This document shows, piece after piece, positions 49,841 through 58,503 of a stretch of 64,000 nucleotides of DNA. The translations under genes and the position numbers were made by a program. This stretch comes from Bacteroidota bacterium (GTDB taxonomy: Bacteria > Bacteroidota > Bacteroidia > Bacteroidales > FEN-979): positions 48,120 through 112,119 of the forward strand of contig JAPLDF010000067.1 of the NCBI GenBank assembly GCA_026391835.1, in the 5' to 3' direction. Below the pieces are notes generated by a model that was not told the DNA's origin, did no database searches, and saw only the letters and a list, made by a program, of their open reading frames with translations. Each line of letters opens with the position of its first letter. Positions within the stretch are counted from its first letter, which is position 1.

Positions 49841-50239
49841 ATGAAAGGATTTAAAAGCAACATCGAAAAAGATACACTTGAAAATAACTATTTCCGGAAA
49901 GTGCTTTACACAGGCAAGCATCTTCAACTGGTACTCATGAGCCTCAAGGCAGGTGAAGATATTGGTGCGGAAGTACATCTCAACAATGACCAGTTTTTCA
50001 GGTTTGAAAGTGGTTCGGGGAAATGTGTCATTGATGGAAATGAATATGCCGTGCAGGATGGCGACATAATTATTGTGCCGGCCGGCGCCAGACATAATGT
50101 TATCAATACCGGGGCCGTAAAGGAATTGAAAATGTATACGATTTATGGCCCGCCCAACCACCAGGACGGCACGATCAGGGAAACGAAGGAAGATGCACAG
50201 AAAAGGGATGAAGAATTTGACGGCAAAACAAGCGAATAA
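49841..50239 (+). CDS. Cupin domain protein
   Basis: FRKVLYTG, EDIGAEVH..NDQFFR, VPAGARHNV, YGPPNH. Confidence 0.92.
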   Translation: MKGFKSNIEKDTLENNYFRKVLYTGKHLQLVLMSLKAGEDIGAEVHLNNDQFFRFESGSGKCVIDGNEYAVQDGDIIIVPAGARHNVINTGAVKELKMYTIYGPPNHQDGTIRETKEDAQKRDEEFDGKTSE

Positions 50240-50496
50240 CTGCTCAAATCCTGCGGTTGGCAACCTCTGTTGGAGCAAATTACCGCTCTGCACGACGCGC
50301 GAAATCAAAACGGGATTTTGTCAATAAATTAAAAATAGTTGAGGAAGAGACTGTTGAAATACTTAATTGGCTTGGATTGATTCAACGGTCAGGAAAAATA
50401 AAGCCTGAGAAATTGCAGGACCTGGTGAATGAAGCAACCGAATTGCCGGCAATATTTATGCGAGCATTAAAACGGCTAAGTTGGATACCGGGGTAA
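50236..50496 (+). pseudogene. 5'-truncated four-helix-bundle protein (23S rRNA IVP/TIGR02436-like)
   Basis: ITAQILRLATSVGANYRSARRAKSKRDFVNKLKIVEEE..E...WL...L..EA.EL; first helix and start codon missing. Confidence 0.82.
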
Positions 50497-50551
50497 AAGT
50501 ACGAAGTACAAAGTCATTTGTACTTCGTCATTCGTACCTCGTACCTCGCGG
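50496..50551. repeat. Inverted pair of 7-bp arrays (RAAGTAC / YTYGTAC) forming a hairpin
   Basis: aaagtac gaagtac aaagtca tttgtac ttcgtca ttcgtac ctcgtac; perfect 12-bp stem 50501-50512/50517-50528. Confidence 0.85.
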
Positions 50552-50592
50552 TATACCGCACTAAATGTCCGAAGTCAGAAAATAGCTGGTTC

Positions 50593-51123
50593 CTATTCGG
50601 GAATGTTGTACAACTTGCAGATCTCTTTGTAGGACATGCTTTGCAACTCCTCCTTGCTCCTGTACCCGGGTGCACCTGATTTTAAGGCAGGGATGGTGCC
50701 GGGGATGGCAATAAACCGGAACCTGTTGCCGGAGGTGAGCGGCGGCGCAAACATGTCGCAGTTGAATTCAATGCTTCCGTACTGGTGGATCAGAAAGTCC
50801 CAGTTTGCACCCACGGCATAAGCCGGAAGGGGGCGCACCGAAGACCCTTCGTATACGTCATTGGCCAGCCATGCATAGGCCAGTACCACACCGCCCTCAA
50901 CAATATCCTGGGTGAGATCGGGGGCAGTGGCTGCGAAAAACCAGTCGCCTGAACCGCCCGACCATGAGGTGGGGGAGAACCATTCGGAATAGTAGACCGT
51001 GGCATTTTGCCCGGCAGGTCCCTGTGGCCCCTGTGGTCCCACTGGCCCTTCTTTATTGCATCCTGCAAACACAAAGGCCGAAATGGCGGCGAATAAAAAA
51101 AATGTCCTGATTGCTGTTTTCAT
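50593..51123 (-). CDS. Lipoprotein with short Gly-X-Y linker
   Basis: Lipobox FAGC, GPVGPQGPQGPAGQ, VYYSEW; TATTTTTG box at 51187-51194. Confidence 0.85.
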   Translation of the reverse strand: MKTAIRTFFLFAAISAFVFAGCNKEGPVGPQGPQGPAGQNATVYYSEWFSPTSWSGGSGDWFFAATAPDLTQDIVEGGVVLAYAWLANDVYEGSSVRPLPAYAVGANWDFLIHQYGSIEFNCDMFAPPLTSGNRFRFIAIPGTIPALKSGAPGYRSKEELQSMSYKEICKLYNIPE

Positions 51124-51340
51124 TTTATCGGATTTTTAAGGTTAATTAATTTTTATAAGGCGATGAGTTCATCCTTGTTTTCGGAGCAAAAATAAGACCA
51201 TTGTTCTTTAAAATTGTTACATAATTATTTATTACGCATTAAATTGTCAAAAAACAATCCTGAATAATCCTTCCTGGCTACACCCCGGATAGGCTAGCGT
51301 TTGTACACCGCGTCCTCTCCGAAAAATAATAAGCAGGCTA

Positions 51341-51773
51341 ATGCCACAAAGCCATTGTACTGGTTATGCTGGTAGTTCCGTGCATGTCATTAAAAACACA
51401 GCTTTCATTAAAATATGAAACCATATGCAAGACATGGATGGCAGATGCCATTGAAGCGCAAATGCACTTCCCCATTGATACAACAATGGTTGTTTTTTCA
51501 AGATCCTCTAAAGTTGATTCAAACGGTTATTCCGATTTGCGAATGACATTCAGCAAGAACGGTGATTATTCATCCATCTCCAAAAAAGGGAAACCATGAA
51601 CAGGGACCTCCAGGTGGGAATTTTCCAAAGATGAATCGAAGGTGACTATTATCAAAAAACACGGGAAACAGGAACAGTTCTCCATTCAAAGACTCAATCC
51701 GACTTACCTGGAACTGGCAATTAAAAAGAGAGGGATTAACATGGTGTTTAAAATGGTGCCGGAAAAAAAATAA
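51341..51773 (+). pseudogene. Degraded lipocalin-like secreted protein gene
   Basis: The frame of ORF 51366 continues past TGA 51597-51599 (TGTSRWEFSKDESKVTII...IQRLNPTYLELAI) to TAA 51773; the signal-like N-terminus is out of frame with ATG 51341. Confidence 0.55.
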
Positions 51774-51822
51774 ATCCTATTTATAGCAGCCTGCTCCAGG
51801 TGAATGCAAATTGACAGCAAAG

Positions 51823-51919
51823 CATTGCAGGGGTTAATCCCATTATGTAAAAAACCATTGGGGCTAAAGCCCAATGAACCTGATCAACCTTAAACAGTTG
51901 GCTAAAGCCAACTGCAATG
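51823..51919. mobile_element. Non-autonomous multi-hairpin (GGCTAAAGCC) REP/MITE-like element, copy 1
   Basis: CATTGCAG...CTGCAATG ends; hairpins GGGCTAAAGCCC and CAGTTGGCTAAAGCCAACTG; 28 bp identical (inverted) to 62847-62874. Confidence 0.7.
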
Positions 51920-52052
51920 GATGAGAGAGATGCATTATTTCGTCCTGTCCGGGACGAAATGGCTAATCGAACTTCTAATAAAGCTATATTTACGCGTTAT
52001 TAAACGGAAAATATCCGGGCAGTCATTTCTTATGCTTACAAAGGAGGGAAAA

Positions 52053-53390
52053 ATGAATTATTTAATGAAAACATCCAGTTTGGCTGTTGTTGTGATTCTG
52101 GCATGTGCGTTTTGTTCGTTCAAACAACCAGGTTCAGAAATCCCTGTTAATCCGGCGACTGATCCTTTCTCCAATGGGGGCAGCGAAAGGAACATGATAG
52201 TTGTCATAAGCGATTTGCATCTTGGCGCCAACCTTGCGTATGCAGAGATTAACAGGAACTGCAGCATTCTTGTAAAGCTGCTGCAACAGGTCAGCGCAGC
52301 ACGAAATGTAAAGGAACTCGTCATCGCGGGGGACCTGCTTGACGAATGGTTTGTGCCGGCAACCATCAATACCTACGACGGCAAGGACCAGCATGATTTT
52401 GTTCAGCGGATCGCTGCAACCAACCAGGATGTGTTCGATGCGTTTAACAGGATAATCCGGGAAGGGAAGATAGCTGTTACTTATGTGCCGGGAAATCATG
52501 ACTTAAGCATCACTGCCGAAAATGTTGCCGGCATTCTTCCCGGGATAAACCAGGCCCGTGATAATATGCAGGGCCTGGGGACATATTCACCTGCCGGAAA
52601 TCCCCGGATAGCAATTGAACATGGGCACCGCTATAATTTTTTCTGTGCGCCGGATCCGATCTCAAACCAGGACATAGCCCCCGGAACCATCATGCCCCCG
52701 GGATACTTTTTTACGAGAATCGCGGCACTCCATGTAATGCAACACAATCCGGCACCGGGCGAAGCCGTGGCGGTTGTCACCCCCAATCCTGCGGGCGGCG
52801 TAAGCCAGAACATGTTGTATGCTTACTGGAGTTTATGGAAATGGGCAATCAAATTGATGTCCATCGAAAATAAGCTGGATGAGAAAATCATCGTTACCAA
52901 TGTTGGTGGTTTCACCGGGGCCTGTGCAGTCAATGACTTGCTGCCATTCCAGTTGACAACCGGTGGGGATCTCGATGTGAAGCTTTATAAGGGAATCCAG
53001 GACACCTGGGACCAGAGGCAAACGATCAACAAGGTGGCTGTGAAAATCCCGGTTATGTCGGCCATTGTGAATGCAGCTTCCGATACCGCCATTGACAACC
53101 AGGCCAAGGTGCAATATTTCATGAACCCGAATTCCAACACGCGTATCGTAGTGTTCGGGCATACACACGTTGCTAAAATGACCTCGTCGGCGAACTGCAA
53201 GGGCCAAAAGTCAATCTATGTGAATTCCGGAACCTGGATCGATAACAATAATAGCAGCCCGGGCATTTCATGCACATTTGTTGTCATCACACCTCCGAAG
53301 ACCGGTACGCATGCCGAAACCCGGGTGAAACTATATAATTTCAACAATTCAGTGATGACAGAAATGGCACAGGACTCACTGCGCTATTGA
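52053..53390 (+). CDS. Secreted calcineurin-like metallophosphoesterase
   Basis: SDLH, GDLLD, GNHD, EHGH, GHTH; hydrophobic N-terminus; start 52053 or 52065. Confidence 0.88.
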   Translation: MNYLMKTSSLAVVVILACAFCSFKQPGSEIPVNPATDPFSNGGSERNMIVVISDLHLGANLAYAEINRNCSILVKLLQQVSAARNVKELVIAGDLLDEWFVPATINTYDGKDQHDFVQRIAATNQDVFDAFNRIIREGKIAVTYVPGNHDLSITAENVAGILPGINQARDNMQGLGTYSPAGNPRIAIEHGHRYNFFCAPDPISNQDIAPGTIMPPGYFFTRIAALHVMQHNPAPGEAVAVVTPNPAGGVSQNMLYAYWSLWKWAIKLMSIENKLDEKIIVTNVGGFTGACAVNDLLPFQLTTGGDLDVKLYKGIQDTWDQRQTINKVAVKIPVMSAIVNAASDTAIDNQAKVQYFMNPNSNTRIVVFGHTHVAKMTSSANCKGQKSIYVNSGTWIDNNNSSPGISCTFVVITPPKTGTHAETRVKLYNFNNSVMTEMAQDSLRY

Positions 53391-53445
53391 CCATTGCCTG
53401 TCATCCTACTTCCTGGCAAACAGATTCTGCCCGTGGATTCCCCAT

Positions 53446-53847
53446 TCATGGTTTCCGGTCCTGTTTATACTTTTCCATCAAGGCAATAAGATCAACCCGG
53501 GCGCAATCATCAAGCAATTCCCTGACAATATCCAAAGGCATTTCTTCTGCTTTTTTAAAATTAATGCAACCTTTCTGGAATTTAGCTTTGTTTAAAAGGT
53601 TTTTATACGTGGCATGAAGTGCCGGTGATGCATAAATTGGCATTAAATGCAACGAAAAATGGCTTTTGGTGATTGACAATCCATATTTAAAAAAACCTTT
53701 GGTTTTATAGAGGATCATTTCAATTCCCATCATTAACCCGATCTCAGCCGTTACATTTTTGTCGGCATTCACGATGATGTCATTTATTTCTGTAAGGATC
53801 AACCTGTTTTCAGGAGATTGTTCTGATAAAAATTCTGTTACTGTCAT
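53446..53847 (-). CDS. DUF1801 (YdhG-like) protein
   Basis: 133 aa; KSHFSLHLMPIY, KGCINFKK. Confidence 0.7.
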   Translation of the reverse strand: MTVTEFLSEQSPENRLILTEINDIIVNADKNVTAEIGLMMGIEMILYKTKGFFKYGLSITKSHFSLHLMPIYASPALHATYKNLLNKAKFQKGCINFKKAEEMPLDIVRELLDDCARVDLIALMEKYKQDRKP

Positions 53848-53933
53848 AAGATATCTGTTTATATAATTTGGTCTGCGGTTTTCTCAAGAATCCCGGAATG
53901 TAAAATTATAATAAAAACAGTATCGTCCTGATA

Positions 53934-53971
53934 GTGGAAAAACCGGAACCTCAGGCCACGCTTTGCCGGTT
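53934..53971 (+). mobile_element. Isolated IS21-like terminal sequence
   Basis: 31/38 identity to 58368-58405 (GTGGAAAAACCGGA...CCAC...TGCCGGTT). Confidence 0.55.
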
Positions 53972-53995
53972 CAGGCTCAGACTGCGGCCTCATCT

Positions 53996-54619
53996 TTATT
54001 CTGAAATGTGTGAATCCTGTAAGTATTTATCAACGTTATGTAACTCTTCAGAGGGAGAGGAAACTTGTAACTTTATAATGCTGTCGTTTACTGAATCAGG
54101 TTTGACTGCTTTTTTTATGTTTACGACCTGTATTTTTGTGGGTACTTTTTCGATTTTAAAGAATTGGTTTGTAAAGAGCAGAACTATTGAAAACAGTAAA
54201 GCCACGGTGGTCAGCCTGACTGCGACAATATACTGTTTATTGCCTTTTTCGGTGATTATTTTATTTTGTCTGTACGACAGGGTGTTTGCCCCGATTTCAC
54301 TTAAAAGGATCTCTTTATAGGTTTTGGTCAATGATCCCTGGTACTTTTCGACATTATAAGCCTGGTCGAGCGGTTTTGTCTTAAAGATGTCCAGCATTAA
54401 AAGGATCGCCCAAATAAAAAGCGCTATCGGAATAACCGAAATCAGCTGAATTACCTGGAAAGTCCCCACAAGGCTGCTCAGGAAAAAAGGGATGAACAAG
54501 GCTGTTACGCCAATAATTGTCCCGGCATACGAATGTTGCTGCCGATATGAATCTACCTGCTTTTCAACAATTTCTTTTGAATTGACCGCAAAGAATTCCA
54601 GGTGGCGTAAGTCTTCCAT
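53996..54619 (-). CDS. Hypothetical membrane protein (3 TM)
   Basis: 207-aa AT-rich ORF with three hydrophobic segments. Confidence 0.7.
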   Translation of the reverse strand: MEDLRHLEFFAVNSKEIVEKQVDSYRQQHSYAGTIIGVTALFIPFFLSSLVGTFQVIQLISVIPIALFIWAILLMLDIFKTKPLDQAYNVEKYQGSLTKTYKEILLSEIGANTLSYRQNKIITEKGNKQYIVAVRLTTVALLFSIVLLFTNQFFKIEKVPTKIQVVNIKKAVKPDSVNDSIIKLQVSSPSEELHNVDKYLQDSHISE

Positions 54620-54633
54620 TCCGTGTTTTATAA

Positions 54634-54769
54634 ATGAGGTTGTCTTAAATGCCTAATTTCACCGCTAAGACGCTAAGACGCGAAAAATGACATTGCTGAT
54701 TTTTTAATTCTTTGCGCCTTAGCGTCTTCGCGGTAATGATGACAATTCAGACTTTTGAGGTAACCTCAT
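54634..54769. mobile_element. MITE-like element: outer inverted repeats enclosing inverted 8-bp arrays
   Basis: ATGAGGTTGTCTTAAA ... TTTGAGGTAACCTCAT; inner arms 54661-54686 / 54709-54734 are 22/26 complementary (CGCTAAGA units). Confidence 0.65.
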
Positions 54770-54796
54770 CAGGAAAATCATGATTTAACCAATTGG

Positions 54797-55167
54797 CTAA
54801 TCATCGAAATAATAGTCAACTTCCAAATCGTTTTGTACGAACCATATGCCGGGAGTCTTCCAGGCAATCCGGCCGGCTTCGTCTTTCTGATACCAGGAAG
54901 GCACTGTTCCTGTAAGGGTCACCGTTGTTCCGGAAACTTTGACGCTGATGTCGTTATCATCTGCTGCCAGGCTTCTGCCGATGACTTTCTCAACATCTTT
55001 TTGTTCAATCTTGTCGTGTATTTCCGATTTGATTTTAATGTTGTTGGTTACCATACAACACTGTCTTTTGCTGTAACCCCGATTTCTGCCGCATTCAACA
55101 ACGACTCCCGTTTGATGGCGTTTTGAACGTCTGCCTGTAATTCTGCATTGGTTTTAATTATCAACAT
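54797..55167 (-). pseudogene. BON-domain protein with internal deletion and frameshift
   Basis: KTNAELQADVQNAIKRESLLNAAEIGVTAKDSVV joined out of frame at ~55054 to VTNNIKIK...VTLTGTVPSWYQKDEAGRIAWKTPG. Confidence 0.82.
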
Positions 55168-55367
55168 TTTATAATTGTGAAAATATTGACATAACGTCAC
55201 AAAAGTATTTCCATTCGCTGGCTAAACCCTTACGCAATTGTTGAAATGATTTACATGATTCACACATTTTCGCTTGTCCACCTTCCGGCTTTTGTTAAAA
55301 AACTACCTGAACCTTGTTTAAGGACCAGGCCGGGAGCGGAAATTGTGTCATTTGGCAGGATGCAATG

Positions 55368-56855
55368 TCAATTTATGCGCTTTCCAGTGCCGCTGTTGAA
55401 TCTTATCTCAAATTCAACCGAATCGGGGAGTATGTCCTTTTCCGGAAATTTAAACCGCCAGTCCTGGTCCGGAACCAGGAACTCAGTTTCACTTACCGGG
55501 TATAGCTTATATGATTTACCATCGTCATTAAAGTATAAACCATCGGATTTTTGTACAAAATCAAATGTATACTCCTTGTTTCCTTCCAGCAACGCCTTGA
55601 AAGTTCCCGCATATTTTGACAGCACCGATGATGGAACCTCAACTGTTTTTATTGTTGCAGGCTTAAAATAAGGCCAGCCATACGCTGTTGCCAGGCTTCT
55701 GTAAATCTCCTGGATCAGCATATACCCGTTGTTTGAATTGGTCATGATGACAACGCCATTTCCTGTTTTTAAATAGCTGTATACATCACAAATGTACCCC
55801 TCATTCCATCCGCCATAAGCCAAAGCAAGGCTGTCGCCATTGTTTTTCAATACAATTCCGAGGGCCATATCGCCCCTGTATCTTTTGAGCATTTTACGGC
55901 TGGTTTCAGGACGGATGATTTTACCGGGTTCCCCGAGGTAAGACTTTTCAAGTTCAATCATCATCCTGGCATAGTCCATGGATGTGGTCCATAACCCTGC
56001 TGCTGCTTTTTCAGGATAAATATGGTAACCGCCACCGACCATTTTCCCGTCTTCCTTATATGCTTTTGCGATCGATTTTTGTTGTTTTTTCGTTAAATTA
56101 TGTTCAAATGTGCTGTTGCTGAGGTTCAGGGGGTCAAAGAGATCATCCTTCATCAACTTCGGAAAAGATTTACCGGATACCTCCTCCATCAGAAGTTGAA
56201 GTACTGTATAACCTCCGCCTGAATAGCTCCATTTTGAACCCGGGACCAGTACCACTTTTACGGCTTCCGTATTTGATGGAGATGTACCATTCAGGATGTC
56301 TTTTACACCAGGAATGGAATCATATTTGGAGTAACCGGGGAAAGAAGGAACATTCAATCCACCTAAATGGAGCATCAGCAATCCTGGTGTGACAGCTCTT
56401 TGCCTGGTAAATTCGTTTTCAGGCAAATGCCATGTTTTCAACTGCTGGTTGATGTCCTGTTCCAGGTTGATTTTTTTCTCTTCTTCGAGTTTTAAAGCAA
56501 TCATTGCAGTGACCGGCTTGCTCATGGAGGCGGCCTGGAACATCGTATTCAAAGTGACGCTGTCATTTGTCCCTTTTTCTTTAACGCCATACGATTTGGC
56601 CCATTCGATCTGATGATCTTTCATTACTGCGATGCTCAGGCCGGGCACATCAAAATATTGCATTCTGTCCCTGATGGAAAACGTTTTGCACGGCTCTCCT
56701 GCGATGATGCCGGCAGGCAACAACCCGTTTTCAATTCTCAGGATACTTTCATTGATGGCCTGCGTACCTTTTCCTTTGTAAATGGTTTCTGGCTTGGGAT
56801 TGCAACTGAAAGTAATGAATGCTACAATACTCATCAGGAAATAAGATTTTTTCAT
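55368..56855 (-). CDS. Beta-lactamase/AmpC-family serine hydrolase lipoprotein
   Basis: Lipobox TFSC; FQAASMSK (SxxK), WSYSGGGY, AAAGLWTT, VVIMTNS. Confidence 0.9.
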   Translation of the reverse strand: MKKSYFLMSIVAFITFSCNPKPETIYKGKGTQAINESILRIENGLLPAGIIAGEPCKTFSIRDRMQYFDVPGLSIAVMKDHQIEWAKSYGVKEKGTNDSVTLNTMFQAASMSKPVTAMIALKLEEEKKINLEQDINQQLKTWHLPENEFTRQRAVTPGLLMLHLGGLNVPSFPGYSKYDSIPGVKDILNGTSPSNTEAVKVVLVPGSKWSYSGGGYTVLQLLMEEVSGKSFPKLMKDDLFDPLNLSNSTFEHNLTKKQQKSIAKAYKEDGKMVGGGYHIYPEKAAAGLWTTSMDYARMMIELEKSYLGEPGKIIRPETSRKMLKRYRGDMALGIVLKNNGDSLALAYGGWNEGYICDVYSYLKTGNGVVIMTNSNNGYMLIQEIYRSLATAYGWPYFKPATIKTVEVPSSVLSKYAGTFKALLEGNKEYTFDFVQKSDGLYFNDDGKSYKLYPVSETEFLVPDQDWRFKFPEKDILPDSVEFEIRFNSGTGKRIN

Positions 56856-56917
56856 TTCGTTTATAAGATTTTAAAATCTATGCAATGACGAACGGAAAAA
56901 CCAAACGTTGCAAAATG

Positions 56918-57044
56918 CCATGCTTCTCCATGCTTTCACCATGCTTTCACCATGCTTCTCCATGCTGTTACCATGCTTTTCCATGCTGTTACCATGCTTT
57001 TCCATCCTGTTCCCATGCTTTTCCATCCTATCACCATGGTTTTA
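56918..57044. repeat. CCATGCT-core tandem array, 12 units of 10 or 11 bp (21-bp higher-order period)
   Basis: Unit lengths 10,11,11,10,11,10,11,10,11,10,11,11. Confidence 0.93.
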
Positions 57045-57170
57045 CCGTTTATCCTCCATATAAGGCCCAAGTAAGGACCATGGTTCGTCCATGCTCAGAC
57101 TGTCATATAATTTAGATTTGCAGGTTCAACGGGTAAAACTCAATGAAAGGTTTTAGGAGCGTTGTTCAGG

Positions 57171-57274
57171 CGGGAAAAACGGAGCCTGTGACCATTCTCT
57201 TCCGATGTTTGCTGACCATCCTGTATTCTTAACAATCAACAAGGTGAGGTGGACAGATCGCTCCGGCGAAAACA
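57171..57274. mobile_element. IS21-end-like miniature element remnant
   Basis: TGACCA motifs 24 bp apart (57189, 57213); inverted GGTGGACA...CTCCGGCGAAAACA arm. Confidence 0.5.
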
Positions 57275-57494
57275 GGTTAAGGGGTGCGTTGTTTTCATAT
57301 GCCTGGCGTAGAAATTCGACGGGCTTTTTTATTTTTGCAGGTTACTATTGATATTATCATAGCTTTACAGATTACTGAATGCAACCACAACCAGTTGCGG
57401 TTATTCAATAGTTAAGCGTCATGCCTGGAAACCTCACCAGTGCTAACTTGAAACTGACTGGAAGAAGTTGACTTTGGAAATAAACTAAAACAAG

Positions 57495-58340
57495 ATGGAA
57501 CAACATTTAGAAGATATCCGTGAACAGCAAAAAGCATCATGGAATAAATTTTCTCCCGGCTGGAAAAAATGGGATGGCCTGAATATGGATTTATTAAAAC
57601 CAACGTGTGATGAAATCATAGGTTTAATTAATCCCAAAGGTGCAGATGTTGTGTTAGATATTGCAGCCGGAACAGGAGAACCCGGTTTAACAATTGCAAC
57701 CATGTTAAAGGGCGGGAAAGTTGTTATTACAGACCTTTCAGATGACATGCTGGAAATAGCCCGTGAAAATGCAATGAAAAGAGGAATTACAAACGTTGAA
57801 ACCCTTGCCTGCGATGTTAGCGAACTTCCTTTTACGGACAATACCTTTGATGCAATTAGTTGTCGTTTTGGTTTTATGTTTTTTCCAGACATGCTTTTAG
57901 CATCAAAAGAAATAGTTCGTGTTCTGAAACCCGGCGGAAAAATCGCTGCTTCTGTTTGGAATGTACCTGAAAATAATTTCTGGGTTACAGCTATTATGGG
58001 AACAATCAGTAGAAATATGGAATTGCCTGCACCTCTGCCAGGTTCCCCGGGAATGTTTCGTTGTGCTAAAGATGGTTTTATCTCCGGTTTATTTTTGCAG
58101 GCAGGATTGAAAAATATCAGGCAAAAGGAAATTGCAGGAAAAATGAACTTCAAAACAATTGATGTTTACTGGAGCATGATGACAGAAGTAGTTTCTCTTG
58201 TTGTTGCTGCTCTTAATAAAGCGGATGGTGACATGAAAAATAAAATTAAGAAAGAAGTTTATCAGGAGTTGAACCAAAAATATTCTGATGGAAATATTTT
58301 GATGGACTCAAGCGCTTTTGTAATTTATGGTGAGAAATAG
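57495..58340 (+). CDS. Class I SAM-dependent methyltransferase (UbiE/COQ5-like)
   Basis: VLDIAAGTGEP, LPFTDNTFD, RVLKPGG. Confidence 0.92.
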   Translation: MEQHLEDIREQQKASWNKFSPGWKKWDGLNMDLLKPTCDEIIGLINPKGADVVLDIAAGTGEPGLTIATMLKGGKVVITDLSDDMLEIARENAMKRGITNVETLACDVSELPFTDNTFDAISCRFGFMFFPDMLLASKEIVRVLKPGGKIAASVWNVPENNFWVTAIMGTISRNMELPAPLPGSPGMFRCAKDGFISGLFLQAGLKNIRQKEIAGKMNFKTIDVYWSMMTEVVSLVVAALNKADGDMKNKIKKEVYQELNQKYSDGNILMDSSAFVIYGEK

Positions 58341-58367
58341 GCTGATAAATTGTTGCATGCACGCATT

Positions 58368-58496
58368 GTGGAAAAACCGGAGTCACTGACCACCCTGTGC
58401 CGGTTTATCGATACCATTGTATTTGTCTGATAATTATTTATTTAAGGTGGTCAATTTAAAATGGCGGCAGGTGGACGTTGTGTTCGGCGTATCCAC
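58368..58496. mobile_element. IS21-derived MITE-like element (~127 bp)
   Basis: GTGGA...TCCAC ends; ~50-bp imperfect inverted arms, each with two TGACCACC-like motifs spaced 24 bp; no ORF. Confidence 0.6.
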
Positions 58497-58503
58497 GTAC
58501 TCC

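Noticed and set aside
50236-50496. Diversity-generating retroelement suggested by the Avd-like fold
   Set aside because: No reverse transcriptase and no template/variable repeat pair seen in the window.
51008-51049. Collagen-like protein
   Set aside because: Only about five Gly-X-Y triplets; a short linker common in Bacteroidota lipoproteins.
51597-51599. Selenocysteine or programmed read-through at the in-frame TGA
   Set aside because: No redox motif context or obvious SECIS hairpin, and the gene has a second lesion near its start.
17383-52052. Upstream starts in the ORF track (17383, 21513, 25149, 30229, 34082, 41329, 47782, 51921; also 6431)
   Set aside because: They overlap neighbouring genes or promoter boxes, or precede the evident signal peptide or family N-terminus; downstream ATGs were used instead.
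55368-56855. Bona fide antibiotic-resistance beta-lactamase
   Set aside because: SxxK is present, but YSG and the missing KTG/HTG triad fit the broad serine hydrolase family; substrate cannot be inferred.
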